From positions 32,001 to 96,000 of the forward strand of contig JBBIPC010000001.1 in assembly GCA_037443035.1 (NCBI GenBank): DNA of 64,000 nt, written 5' to 3'. The notes below the pieces were generated by a model. The model saw only the letters and a list, made by a program, of their open reading frames with translations. It ran no database searches and had not been told where the DNA came from. Source of the DNA: Chthonomonadales bacterium. Its GTDB lineage: Bacteria; Armatimonadota; Chthonomonadetes; Chthonomonadales; CAJBBX01. How positions within the stretch are numbered: position 1 is the first letter of the stretch; each line of letters opens with the position of its first letter. The position numbers and the translations under genes are program-made. Shown here piece by piece: positions 1 through 9,102 of this stretch.

Positions 1-552
1 TTGTTCGAGGAGTCGGGAGCAATGTTGACAGGCCATTTCCTCCTGAGTTCGGGTCTCCATAGCGATCGGTACCTGGAGAAATTCCGTGTAGTCGAGAGCC
101 CCGCGACACTGGAACCGCTGTGTAGAGAGCTGGCAGAGCGTTACCGCGATACTGAACCGCAGTACGTCATGGGACCGACCACGGCCGGAATCATTCTTGC
201 ATACGGCGTCGCAAGGCATCTCGGCGTCCTTGCGAGATATGCAGAACCGTCGGCAGGTGGCCGGGCCCTACGCCGCGGGCAGACACTTCCCCGAGGAGCG
301 AGGGTGCTGATCGTTGACGATATCCTCACCACCGGCCTTTCTGTCAGGGAGTGTCTCCAGATTGTACGCGAACATGAGGCGTACGCCGTCGGAGTCGGTG
401 TCTTGGCCGACCGGAGCGGAGGGCGCGTGGCCTTCGGCGTCCGTCTGGAGGCTCTGCTCCGCGCAGACATTCCGACCTACCAGCCAGAAGACTGCCCGCT
501 GTGCAAGCAGGGCCTTCCGCTAGTGAAACCGGGTTCGCGCAGTCCAGTTTAG
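1..552 (+). CDS. pyrE: orotate phosphoribosyltransferase (probably 5'-truncated by window edge)
   Basis: GHFLLSSGLHS N-terminal motif; PRPP-binding loop VLIVDDILTTG; C-terminal CPLC...KPGSR tail typical of this OPRTase subgroup. Confidence 0.93.
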   Translation: MFEESGAMLTGHFLLSSGLHSDRYLEKFRVVESPATLEPLCRELAERYRDTEPQYVMGPTTAGIILAYGVARHLGVLARYAEPSAGGRALRRGQTLPRGARVLIVDDILTTGLSVRECLQIVREHEAYAVGVGVLADRSGGRVAFGVRLEALLRADIPTYQPEDCPLCKQGLPLVKPGSRSPV

Positions 553-583
553 TTGCTGGTTCGTGCTTCAAGGGGGTGTACCA

Positions 584-3112
584 GTGGACCGTCGAGTATT
601 CCTGGGACTCCTGCTCTGTACTATGGCTGACATCGCGACGTCCCTCTGTGGCGCGGATGCACGGGCATACCCAGCTCAGGAACGTCTCGCTAATCCCGGT
701 TTCGAGGCCAACGAGAATGGGCGACTGGTGGGTTGGACACCGTTCGAGCAGGGCTACGAACTGTCTTCCGACAGACGGTCGGGCGCGACGTGCATACGGT
801 GTGTGAATGCGACCACAGACGACCGACGCGGCGCAACAGCGGTGGTTGTCCTGAACCAGAGCGAGCCACGGCCGATCATCGTCGAGGGCTACAGTCGTGC
901 CGAGAACGTGGGAGGGTTCCGCAACAACGATTACAGCATATACCTCGACTTGACCTATATGGACGGGACTCCCCTGTGGGGGCAGACAGCTCCTTTCTCG
1001 GTTGGCACACACGAGTGGCAGCGAAGGCGGGTTCTTGTCTGTCCGGTGAAACCTGTACGGGTCCTTTACGTTCACGCTCTGTTTCGGCATCATACGGGAA
1101 CCGCATGGTTCGATGACTTCAGCGTACGTGAGCTGGATCCGGGCAGCGTATTCGACGGCCAGGCTCTGGAACCGCCGCGGTTGGGCCCTGGTGAGAGCCA
1201 AGGCTGGTTCGTACGGGACGTCGAAGCGTCATCCGCCATTGCGTCGTACCGTGACGCACGACGCCTGAGTCTCTCATGTCGTCTGCTCGCGGATGGAAGC
1301 AAGATCGAGGTTAGCGACCTCACGGGTCGGCCACGGTGCGTCACTATCTATTACGCGGTGAGGGTGGTCCAGAGGAACCTGAGATGGTGGCACGACATGC
1401 GTCGAAGCGTGCCGTGCGCCGGCAAGGGCGAGTATACCAACGTAACCCGGCTCGGGGTTGGGGCGACGGGCACGCAATCGCTCTACCCACTTGCGTGTGT
1501 TGCAGGTCCTCGGTTCGGAAGGGCCGTGGCCATACCACCTTCACAGGGCGCATGCGTGGCGCGCTTGGGTTACCATGCGGGCGCTGGCCTTCTGTACGTT
1601 GGCTTCGATGTAGCTCTGTATCCCAGTAGCAAATACAACAGTCGCGACGGACACGGCCTGGCCCGCGTTGCAGTCGTCTCCTGGCCTACTGACCCGCGGT
1701 GGGGGTTTCGCGCCGCTCTGCGGGACTATTACAGGCGCTTCCCTGAGGCGTTCGCCAGGCGTTCGAAGAAGGACGGCCTGTGGATCCCGTTCACCGATCC
1801 CTCGACGGTCGAGGGGTTAGCCGACTTCGGCATCGCGTACCACGAAGGAGACAACAGTGTGGCCTCCGACGACCGTCTGGGCATTCTGAGCTTTCGCTAC
1901 ACAGAACCGATGACATGGTGGATGCCAATGGCTCCGGAGGTGCCGCGAACCTATGAGGCAGCAGTCGAGTTGATTCATCGGTACCTTGCCGGAAACGACC
2001 GGCATCAACGTGCACTGGCACAGTCCGTCATGCACTCCGGGTCTCACGACGAACAGGGACGGTTCAACGTGGAGTTCCAGAACGCGCCGTGGACGAATGG
2101 TGCCGTATGGGTGCTGAATCCGAACCCGCGCCTGCCGTCACCGGCTGGGGAGGTCACGAAGGCATCCATGGCGTTCGGTCCGGACGTTGTCAAGCGACTG
2201 TACGCGGCCGATCGACAAGCCGTGTTGGACGGCGAGTATCTGGACTCGCTGGAAGGGTGGGCGGACGTGCTCGATTATCGGAAAGAGAGCCTCGAGTTCT
2301 CCACTCTACCCCCGACGTTCAGTTATGACGAGCTTCGCCCTGTCATCCCGACATGGTTCTCCGTGTACGAGCTTGCGCGGCACATGCGCAACGATCTCCT
2401 GCGGCGCGGGAAGTTGCTCATGGCGAACGCTACTCCGTGGCGGATCCACGCGTTCGCGCCGCTCCTGGACGTGATGGGCACCGAGACGAACTGGCTGCCT
2501 GGCGGCACATGGCGACCCGATAGCGACGCCATCTTCTGCCTTCGCAGGGCGGTCTGCTATCAGAAGCCCTATCTCTTGCTCCAGAACACGGATTTCGACA
2601 GGTTCACGACCGAGCACGTGGATCGCTACATGCAGCGCTGCATGTTCTACGCCGTCTTCCCAAGCATGTTCAGCGCGGACGCATCTACGCGGAATTACTG
2701 GACGCAACCACAGTGGTACAACAGAGATCGGCACCTCTTCAAGCGGTATGTGCCGCTCATCGCCCGTCTTTCGGCGGCTGGTTGGCAGCCTGTTACCGGT
2801 GCGGTAAGCAGCAATCCGGACGTACTTATCGAGAGGTACGGGTCGGGCTACCTGACCGTATTCAATGGCTCTGACCGACCGACTTCATCGGACATCATCA
2901 TAGATCCGGTCATGTTCACCGCGAAAGGCAGCACTCTAACGGTAAGCGACGCCGTGGCGCAAAGCCCGCTCGCAGTGGAACGCATCGCACCGAGGCAGAC
3001 TGGTGGGAACGTTCTACGTTACCGGCTTCACCTCGCCATAGGATCGGAGGAGTGCAAGGTACTCCATCTGACCTGGATCCCGTCACGCACACGACATACT
3101 AGAGGAAGATAG
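584..3112 (+). CDS. secreted hypothetical protein: N-terminal carbohydrate-binding-like (NPGFE) domain plus putative glycoside-hydrolase-like domain
   Basis: GTG at 584 after AGGGGGTG; DRRVFLG twin-arginine-like leader; NPGFE...W and WFDD motifs of CBM4/9-like jelly rolls; DGEYLDS and LDVMGTE segments. Confidence 0.6.
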   Translation: MDRRVFLGLLLCTMADIATSLCGADARAYPAQERLANPGFEANENGRLVGWTPFEQGYELSSDRRSGATCIRCVNATTDDRRGATAVVVLNQSEPRPIIVEGYSRAENVGGFRNNDYSIYLDLTYMDGTPLWGQTAPFSVGTHEWQRRRVLVCPVKPVRVLYVHALFRHHTGTAWFDDFSVRELDPGSVFDGQALEPPRLGPGESQGWFVRDVEASSAIASYRDARRLSLSCRLLADGSKIEVSDLTGRPRCVTIYYAVRVVQRNLRWWHDMRRSVPCAGKGEYTNVTRLGVGATGTQSLYPLACVAGPRFGRAVAIPPSQGACVARLGYHAGAGLLYVGFDVALYPSSKYNSRDGHGLARVAVVSWPTDPRWGFRAALRDYYRRFPEAFARRSKKDGLWIPFTDPSTVEGLADFGIAYHEGDNSVASDDRLGILSFRYTEPMTWWMPMAPEVPRTYEAAVELIHRYLAGNDRHQRALAQSVMHSGSHDEQGRFNVEFQNAPWTNGAVWVLNPNPRLPSPAGEVTKASMAFGPDVVKRLYAADRQAVLDGEYLDSLEGWADVLDYRKESLEFSTLPPTFSYDELRPVIPTWFSVYELARHMRNDLLRRGKLLMANATPWRIHAFAPLLDVMGTETNWLPGGTWRPDSDAIFCLRRAVCYQKPYLLLQNTDFDRFTTEHVDRYMQRCMFYAVFPSMFSADASTRNYWTQPQWYNRDRHLFKRYVPLIARLSAAGWQPVTGAVSSNPDVLIERYGSGYLTVFNGSDRPTSSDIIIDPVMFTAKGSTLTVSDAVAQSPLAVERIAPRQTGGNVLRYRLHLAIGSEECKVLHLTWIPSRTRHTRGR

Positions 3113-3116
3113 CGCA

Positions 3117-3509
3117 ATGAAAAAAGAGCCAATCTGGACCACGACGTCGGTTGCCTCGGCACCATACACGCCCGGCATCCGATGCGGAGACCTTGTGTTT
3201 GTCTCCGGTCAGGTACCCGTGGATCCTACCACTCGCCAGCTCGTTGAGGGAGAGTTCGAGGATCGCGTCCGGCAGTGCATTCGCAATATCGAGGCTGTCC
3301 TGAAGGAAGCTGGCCTGAGCCTGGAGCACGTCGTGAAGACCACGGTGTTCTTGACGGACATGGCCCTGTTCGGCCGGATGAATGTGGTCTACGCGGAATA
3401 TTGGGGCCAGATCAAGCCGGCACGGAGCTGCGTACAGGTAGCCGCTCTGCCCTTGGGCGTCGATGTGGAGATCGAGGCCATAGCAGTGATGGAGGGAACG
3501 ACCAGCTAG
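3117..3509 (+). CDS. ridA: RidA/YjgF family enamine/imine deaminase
   Basis: PY, FVSGQVP, VVKTTVFL, PARSCVQVAALP, VEIEAIA motifs; GAGGA RBS. Confidence 0.92.
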   Translation: MKKEPIWTTTSVASAPYTPGIRCGDLVFVSGQVPVDPTTRQLVEGEFEDRVRQCIRNIEAVLKEAGLSLEHVVKTTVFLTDMALFGRMNVVYAEYWGQIKPARSCVQVAALPLGVDVEIEAIAVMEGTTS

Positions 3510-4399
3510 GCTAGGAGGGCTTCCACGAAAGCCGCCGGCTCGAAATCCTCGAGGTCCTCCGGTTTCTCCCCGCATCCCACGAGCTTGATCGGCAGGCGCA
3601 ATTCGTCCGCTATGCTGACCACGATACCACCTCGGGCCGTACCATCGAGCTTGGCGAGCACAATGCCGCTTACCGGTACGGCCTCGGTGAAGAGACGCGC
3701 CTGGCTGATACCATTCTGACCCGTCGTGGCATCCAACACGAGAAGGATCTCATCGGCTGGTCTCCCGAGCTCCCTCTGTGTCACGCGAGCGACCTTCTTG
3801 AGCTCCTCCATGAGATGCGTCTTGGTATGTATCCTGCCTGCCGTATCGGCGAGTACGTAGTCGGCACCCCGAGCTCGTGCAGCATGGATGGCATCGAAGA
3901 CAACTGCCGATGGATCAGATCCTGGCCGATGCCGGACGACCTCGCAGCCCAGTCTGGTCGCCCACGTCTCCAACTGTTCAATCGCAGCCGCCCGGAAGGT
4001 ATCTCCAGCGGCCATGAGAACCCTGGAACCTGCTGCCATGAGGCGGTACGCAACTTTGGCGATGGTGGTTGTCTTCCCGGTGCCGTTGACGCCGACGAAC
4101 AAGAAGACGGTCGGCGGAGTATCGGCACGCGCGAGCGTTCCGCCTTGCATGGGAGCTGACGCAAGCGCATTCTGGAGCTCCGCCTTGAGGGCATCCCTGA
4201 CCTGCGCAGGATCGGACCAACGTTCCTGGCGGCTCCGCGCTCGTAGACGATCCAGGACTGCCGTTACCATGCGGACCGAGACGTCTGCACGGATGAGCGT
4301 ATCCTCTAGCTCATCGAACAGGTCTTCATCAATGCGTCCCCGCCGCGCAACCAGTGCATCGAGACCTCGGAATATGCTCTTGACGAAACTGAAACGCAT
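3506..4399 (-). CDS. ftsY: signal recognition particle receptor FtsY (short NG-only form)
   Basis: GVNGTGKTTT, DTFRAAA, DTAGR, KLDGTARGG; ATG at 4399 with GAGGAG RBS (ORF-track start 4558 lies inside mnmE). Confidence 0.96.
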   Translation of the reverse strand: MRFSFVKSIFRGLDALVARRGRIDEDLFDELEDTLIRADVSVRMVTAVLDRLRARSRQERWSDPAQVRDALKAELQNALASAPMQGGTLARADTPPTVFLFVGVNGTGKTTTIAKVAYRLMAAGSRVLMAAGDTFRAAAIEQLETWATRLGCEVVRHRPGSDPSAVVFDAIHAARARGADYVLADTAGRIHTKTHLMEELKKVARVTQRELGRPADEILLVLDATTGQNGISQARLFTEAVPVSGIVLAKLDGTARGGIVVSIADELRLPIKLVGCGEKPEDLEDFEPAAFVEALLA

Positions 4400-4454
4400 A
4401 CTTTCTCCTCGCTCGGGGATTGTCGTAACCACTCGTGGAGTGGTGCCGCGACAA

Positions 4455-5846
4455 TCACTTGCCGACGCAGAACCGGCGGAACACCTCCCGGACGATGTCC
4501 TCGTTGGTTGTGGCACCGACCACCGTTGCCAATGCGTCGGCAGCCTCTCGCACATCATCGGCAGCCAGGACAGGTTCCTCGGCTGCTTCGAGGTGATCCA
4601 GTGCTGATAGCAGTGCGCGCTTGGCCAGATCCAACGCCTCCGCGTGCCTCTCGTGAACCACTACGTCAACGTCCGGCGAATCGCTGTCGCGGCTGATATG
4701 ATGGACCAACGCTTCTTCTAGGGCCGGGATGCCTGTGCCCGTCACGGCGCTAACGAGGAACACGGGTGTAGACCGAGTCGGCGACGGATAGCGGCTGGCC
4801 AGCCTCTCGACCAGCGACGGTGGCACAAGGTCCGACTTGTTCCAGACAATGGCTGCACACCGGTCGCTGGCAGCTTCGAATACCCGGCGATCGGCCTGGG
4901 TCCAGCGGCGCGCGGCATCGAATACGACGAGCACTGCATCCGCGCGGGCGGTGGCGTCCAATGCCCGTTCGATGCCCACTTGCTCCACCTCACCTCTGGG
5001 CCGGCGCAGACCTGCGGTATCGATGAGTGTAACCGGCAGTCCACCCAGACTGACGGTCTCTTCCACGATGTCGCGTGTCGTACCGGGAGTCGAGGCGACG
5101 ATGGCGCGATCGCGGCCAGCAAGAGCATTCAGCAGTGTAGACTTACCCACGTTAGGACGTCCAACGATCGCGATGCGGTAACCACTCCGGAGCACGCGAC
5201 CGAGCTTCACTGTCCGGAGCAGCGCCTCGATATCGGCCATGACGCTCCGCAGCGCCGCTGCCGCCGCATCCGTGTCGGGAGCATCATCTTCGGCATCGTA
5301 CTCCAGAGATGCCTCCAGAGTGGCATGTGCTCCCAAGAGGGTGGTCCGAAGGGACGCGATTCTGGCGGATAGGCATCCGTCCCGTTGTCGCAGAGCCGCG
5401 CGGAGGGCTCCCGCTGATCGCGCCTGAATGAGGTCCGCTACGGCTTCAGCTTGTGCCAGGTCCATGCGGCCGTTCAGGAATGCTCTGTAGGTGAACTCCC
5501 CCGGTTCTGCATGACGAGCACCCGCAGCAATGGTGGCAGAAAGCACGCTCGACAAGACGTAAGGCCCGCCGTGGCAAGAGAACTCCACAACGTCTTCCCC
5601 AGTGTAGGAACGAGGTCGGCGGAAGAGAAGCAGCAGCGCTTCATCCAGCGCCTCGCCGGTACGCGGGTCATGGATCACGCCGTGATAGATGCGATGGCTT
5701 TTCGCAGTGCGCGGGTCGAAGCGGCTGCCACGGAACAACGTGCCGGCGACGCGCAGCGCGTCAGGTCCGGATAGACGCACGATACCAATAGCCCCGGGCG
5801 CCGGGCCGGTGGCGATGGCGGCAATCGTGTCGCGGATGGAGGTCAC
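4455..5846 (-). CDS. mnmE: tRNA modification GTPase MnmE
   Basis: DTIAAIAT, SYTGEDVVEFSCHG, GRPNVGKS, GTTRD, DTAG, NKSD and terminal FCVGK. Confidence 0.97.
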   Translation of the reverse strand: MTSIRDTIAAIATGPAPGAIGIVRLSGPDALRVAGTLFRGSRFDPRTAKSHRIYHGVIHDPRTGEALDEALLLLFRRPRSYTGEDVVEFSCHGGPYVLSSVLSATIAAGARHAEPGEFTYRAFLNGRMDLAQAEAVADLIQARSAGALRAALRQRDGCLSARIASLRTTLLGAHATLEASLEYDAEDDAPDTDAAAAALRSVMADIEALLRTVKLGRVLRSGYRIAIVGRPNVGKSTLLNALAGRDRAIVASTPGTTRDIVEETVSLGGLPVTLIDTAGLRRPRGEVEQVGIERALDATARADAVLVVFDAARRWTQADRRVFEAASDRCAAIVWNKSDLVPPSLVERLASRYPSPTRSTPVFLVSAVTGTGIPALEEALVHHISRDSDSPDVDVVVHERHAEALDLAKRALLSALDHLEAAEEPVLAADDVREAADALATVVGATTNEDIVREVFRRFCVGK

Positions 5847-5850
5847 TTTC

Positions 5851-6741
5851 CTAGACGCGCCTTACAGCTCCTCCGGCCTCTTCCGACCTGCGGGCGGCGG
5901 TGATGAAGGCGATGATCTCGCGCGTCTCTGCAAGGTCCAGGGGCATGGATCGGGTGGAGAACATCTCCAGCACCACGCGCAGCATCTCACGATAGAACGC
6001 GGCACCGCGGATAACTGCGGCGTAATGGCCCTTCTCATAGTGAGCAGCGAAACCGAAACCACCCTCACCCTTACGAATGCCCCGGACGAAGCCGAGGCGA
6101 TCCTCCGGCCACATGCCAACGACCGCGTCATAGCCTGGTGTCGAGACGCAGCGCACTGCTCTGCATCCCGGTCCCATGAGGGCATAGAGCATCTCGACAC
6201 CATGGATCCCATAATGAAGCAGGCCAGGGTTGCCTGGGTGCTTGGAAGCTGAGGTCCACACATCGGCGCTGAGGATCGCACCATACTCTTTGACCAGGTC
6301 TCGGGCGCGCTGCACCTCAGGATCGTATCGCAATGCCGAACACGACATGAGCGGAGCCCGATGACGTTTGGCGAGGCTGATCATGGCATCGGCCTGCGCC
6401 ACGGTCTCCGCGAACGGCTTGTCCACGAACGTGGGCAACCCCGCTTCGAGGAAAGGAGTGGCGCGCTCCAAGTGACGGGAGCCCTGCTGCGACTCGATCA
6501 TGACAGCGTCAATTCGGCCAATCAGTGCTTCGGGTGTGGACACAAGCTCCACGCCGTATGATCGGAGCTGTTCTGCGTAGGGCTGGATGCGATCCGGCAT
6601 CATGCGCGAGTCCCCAGGACAACCGGCGACGACCCTCCCACCGTTGACGCGGTCCGCGGGCGGCACGTCAATGTGGTTGATGCGTTGTGTGAATGCAACT
6701 ACGTGGGACGTATCGAAGTCCACTAGACCGATGCGTATCAT
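5851..6741 (-). CDS. Gfo/Idh/MocA family oxidoreductase
   Basis: N-terminal Rossmann strand, FVDKP motif, HYGIHGVE. Confidence 0.85.
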   Translation of the reverse strand: MIRIGLVDFDTSHVVAFTQRINHIDVPPADRVNGGRVVAGCPGDSRMMPDRIQPYAEQLRSYGVELVSTPEALIGRIDAVMIESQQGSRHLERATPFLEAGLPTFVDKPFAETVAQADAMISLAKRHRAPLMSCSALRYDPEVQRARDLVKEYGAILSADVWTSASKHPGNPGLLHYGIHGVEMLYALMGPGCRAVRCVSTPGYDAVVGMWPEDRLGFVRGIRKGEGGFGFAAHYEKGHYAAVIRGAAFYREMLRVVLEMFSTRSMPLDLAETREIIAFITAARRSEEAGGAVRRV

Positions 6742-8990
6742 GTTCCTGGCTCCCGTCGGCGATGGTCGACGCTCGATGGGCTGGCTCCAGACGTCGCAGG
6801 CTTCAGTTTGGCCAGCGATAGCAGGAGCCGTTTGACGCCGTTAGCTGGAAACGCGACCGCCACCTCCCAGTCGTTTCCGGAGGGTTTCATGCTTACAACG
6901 ACACCCTGGCCAAATGAATCGTGCCGGACTCTGTCCCCAGGCTTGAACGGTGCGCCGGCAGAAATCGTCGGCAGCCCCACGGGTGATTGCGTCTGCCATG
7001 CGGTCTGCGGCTCGAGGCGGGGTGCCGACGCACGGGAGCCGGTAGAGGCGCGGGGACTCGGAAGCAGACCCATCTCGGAGATGAACCGTGAAGGCTTGTT
7101 GTTCGTCGCCACACCAAACAGGCTACGCCTATAGACATGCGTCACGATGAGCTCTTGTCTGGCACGCGTGATGCCGACATAGCAGAGACGCCGCTCCTCT
7201 TCTGTATCGCGCTCATTCTCCAGCGCTCGGACGTGCGGGAAGAGGCCCTCTTCCATGCCTACCAGGAAGACGATGCCGAACTCCAGGCCCTTGCTGGCGT
7301 GGAGAGTCATGAGCGTCACGGCGTTCTGGCTGAGATCTTGATCGTCCAGATCCGAGACGAGTGCGACTTGCTCGAGAAACCGGGCGAGCGAGCGGTCGTC
7401 TTCCTCACTTTCGTCGAATCGCTGGACGACCGTGAGCAACTCCTGTACATTCTCGATGCGATCCCGGTCCTCGAGAGTACTCCGTGCAGCCAGGTCCGCA
7501 ATGTAGCCGGTGCGTTCTATAACCTCCCGCGTAAGATCCGAGACGCTGAGTCGAGCCGCGAGACCGTGGAGATCCCGGATCAGCTCCGCAAACTCGGCCA
7601 GCGCCTTGCGCGCACGTGCGGTGAGGGCATTCACGTTGGGCGGCGCAGCGACGACATCCCAGAGGGTGGCTCCAGCCTCGTCCGCCTGACGTTCCAAGTG
7701 CGCCAGCGACGTAGCGCCGATCCCGCGTGCTGGCACGTTGATGATTCGCTTGAGGCTTACGGTGTCCTGAGGATTGCGTGCCACACGGAGGTAGGCGAGG
7801 ATGTCTTTGACCTCTTTGCGCTGGTAGAACGGGCGAGCGCCTACGAGGCGGTGCGGCACGCGGAAGTTCGTGAAGACCTCTTCGAATGCTCGCGACTGTG
7901 CGTTGGTGCGATAGAGGACAGCGAAGTCGCCATAGCGCCGGTCGCCACGCAGGACCTCGTGCTGTATGCGCTGCGTAACGAAGATGGCTTCTTCCTGTTC
8001 GTTGGGAAGTTCGTACAGCTCGATAGGACGACCCGGATCGTTGTCTGTCCAGAGACGCTTGCTCTTGCGCGTGCGGTTATTGGAGACGACGTTATGTGCT
8101 GCCTGCAGGATGGCGCGAGTCGAACGGTAGTTCTGCTCGAGTTTGATCACATGCGCGTCCGGGTAGTCGTGTTCGAAGCGGAGCATCAGGTCCACGTCGG
8201 CGCCTCGGAACGCGTAGATGGACTGGTCATCGTCACCGACGACGCACACGTTGCGATGCTTGCCTCCGAGCAAGTTGACGAGGACATACTGGGCGTAATT
8301 GATATCCTGGTACTCGTCCACGAGGATGTGTTGGAAGCGGTTCTGGTACCGCTGAAGTACTGTCTCGTGCTGCCTGAGCATCGTCACCGCGTGCATGAGC
8401 AGGTCATCGAAGTCCAGAGCATTGTTCAGGCGCAAGTGTTCCTCATACTTCTCGTACACCCGCGCACACAGCCGCTCGTAGTACGCCTGTGCGGTGCGGG
8501 CGTACTCCGCGGCGTCAATCAGCCGCTCCTTGGCCTTGCTGATCTGCGTGAGGATGCCGCGTGGTTGGTACCGCTCGGCATCGATATTGAGCGCCCGCAT
8601 CGTGTCCCGTACTACGGTGATCTGATCGGCATCGTCGTAGATCAAGAAGTCACCGGGTATCCCGATTTCAGGCCCAGATTCGCGCAGCATGCGGGCGCAG
8701 CAAGCATGGAACGTGCCTATCCATAGTCCTCGACAGGAGCGGTGGATCAGTCGCTCCGTTCGCTCCCGCATCTCATTGGCGGCCTTGTTCGTGAAAGTCA
8801 CGGCGAGGATGTGGTGCGGAGAGACACCGCGTTCCGCGATGAGGTAGGCAATGCGATGCGTTAGGACCCGCGTCTTACCGGAACCTGCACCGGCGAAGAC
8901 GAGGAGGGGGCCTCCGGGATGGGTCACAGCCTCGCGCTGAGCTGGATTCAGGCCGTCGAGCAGGGCTTGTGCGTCTGGGGAACTATGCAT
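6738..8990 (-). CDS. pcrA: ATP-dependent DNA helicase PcrA/UvrD
   Basis: AGAGSGKT, TFTNKAA, DEYQD, VGDDDQSIY, NYRST, TLHASKGLEF, EERRLCYVGITRA; C-terminal Tudor-like GDRVRH.FGQG. Confidence 0.97.
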   Translation of the reverse strand: MHSSPDAQALLDGLNPAQREAVTHPGGPLLVFAGAGSGKTRVLTHRIAYLIAERGVSPHHILAVTFTNKAANEMRERTERLIHRSCRGLWIGTFHACCARMLRESGPEIGIPGDFLIYDDADQITVVRDTMRALNIDAERYQPRGILTQISKAKERLIDAAEYARTAQAYYERLCARVYEKYEEHLRLNNALDFDDLLMHAVTMLRQHETVLQRYQNRFQHILVDEYQDINYAQYVLVNLLGGKHRNVCVVGDDDQSIYAFRGADVDLMLRFEHDYPDAHVIKLEQNYRSTRAILQAAHNVVSNNRTRKSKRLWTDNDPGRPIELYELPNEQEEAIFVTQRIQHEVLRGDRRYGDFAVLYRTNAQSRAFEEVFTNFRVPHRLVGARPFYQRKEVKDILAYLRVARNPQDTVSLKRIINVPARGIGATSLAHLERQADEAGATLWDVVAAPPNVNALTARARKALAEFAELIRDLHGLAARLSVSDLTREVIERTGYIADLAARSTLEDRDRIENVQELLTVVQRFDESEEDDRSLARFLEQVALVSDLDDQDLSQNAVTLMTLHASKGLEFGIVFLVGMEEGLFPHVRALENERDTEEERRLCYVGITRARQELIVTHVYRRSLFGVATNNKPSRFISEMGLLPSPRASTGSRASAPRLEPQTAWQTQSPVGLPTISAGAPFKPGDRVRHDSFGQGVVVSMKPSGNDWEVAVAFPANGVKRLLLSLAKLKPATSGASPSSVDHRRREPGT

Positions 8991-8995
8991 GGGAC

Positions 8996-9001
8996 ATTAT
9001 A
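8996..9001 (-). promoter_or_regulatory. -10 box TATAAT 5 nt upstream of the pcrA ATG (probable leaderless transcript)
   Basis: minus strand reads TATAAT-GTCCC-ATG; no Shine-Dalgarno. Confidence 0.5.
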
Positions 9002-9102
9002 GCCGCCCGCAAGGCAGCGGACCATCGGCTGCGAAGCCGAAGACCGCGGGGCAAGGTAAGCTAGAGGTATCCAGAATCGTGGCTAGACCAGAGTGCAATA
9101 GG

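Noticed and set aside
7137..8726. Long antisense ORFs (529 aa here; also 9061-10329, 25852-26754, 44350-45462, 58846-59982, 62046-63158)
   Set aside because: They lie opposite well-conserved genes and have no recognisable motifs; they are typical shadow ORFs of GC-rich codon usage
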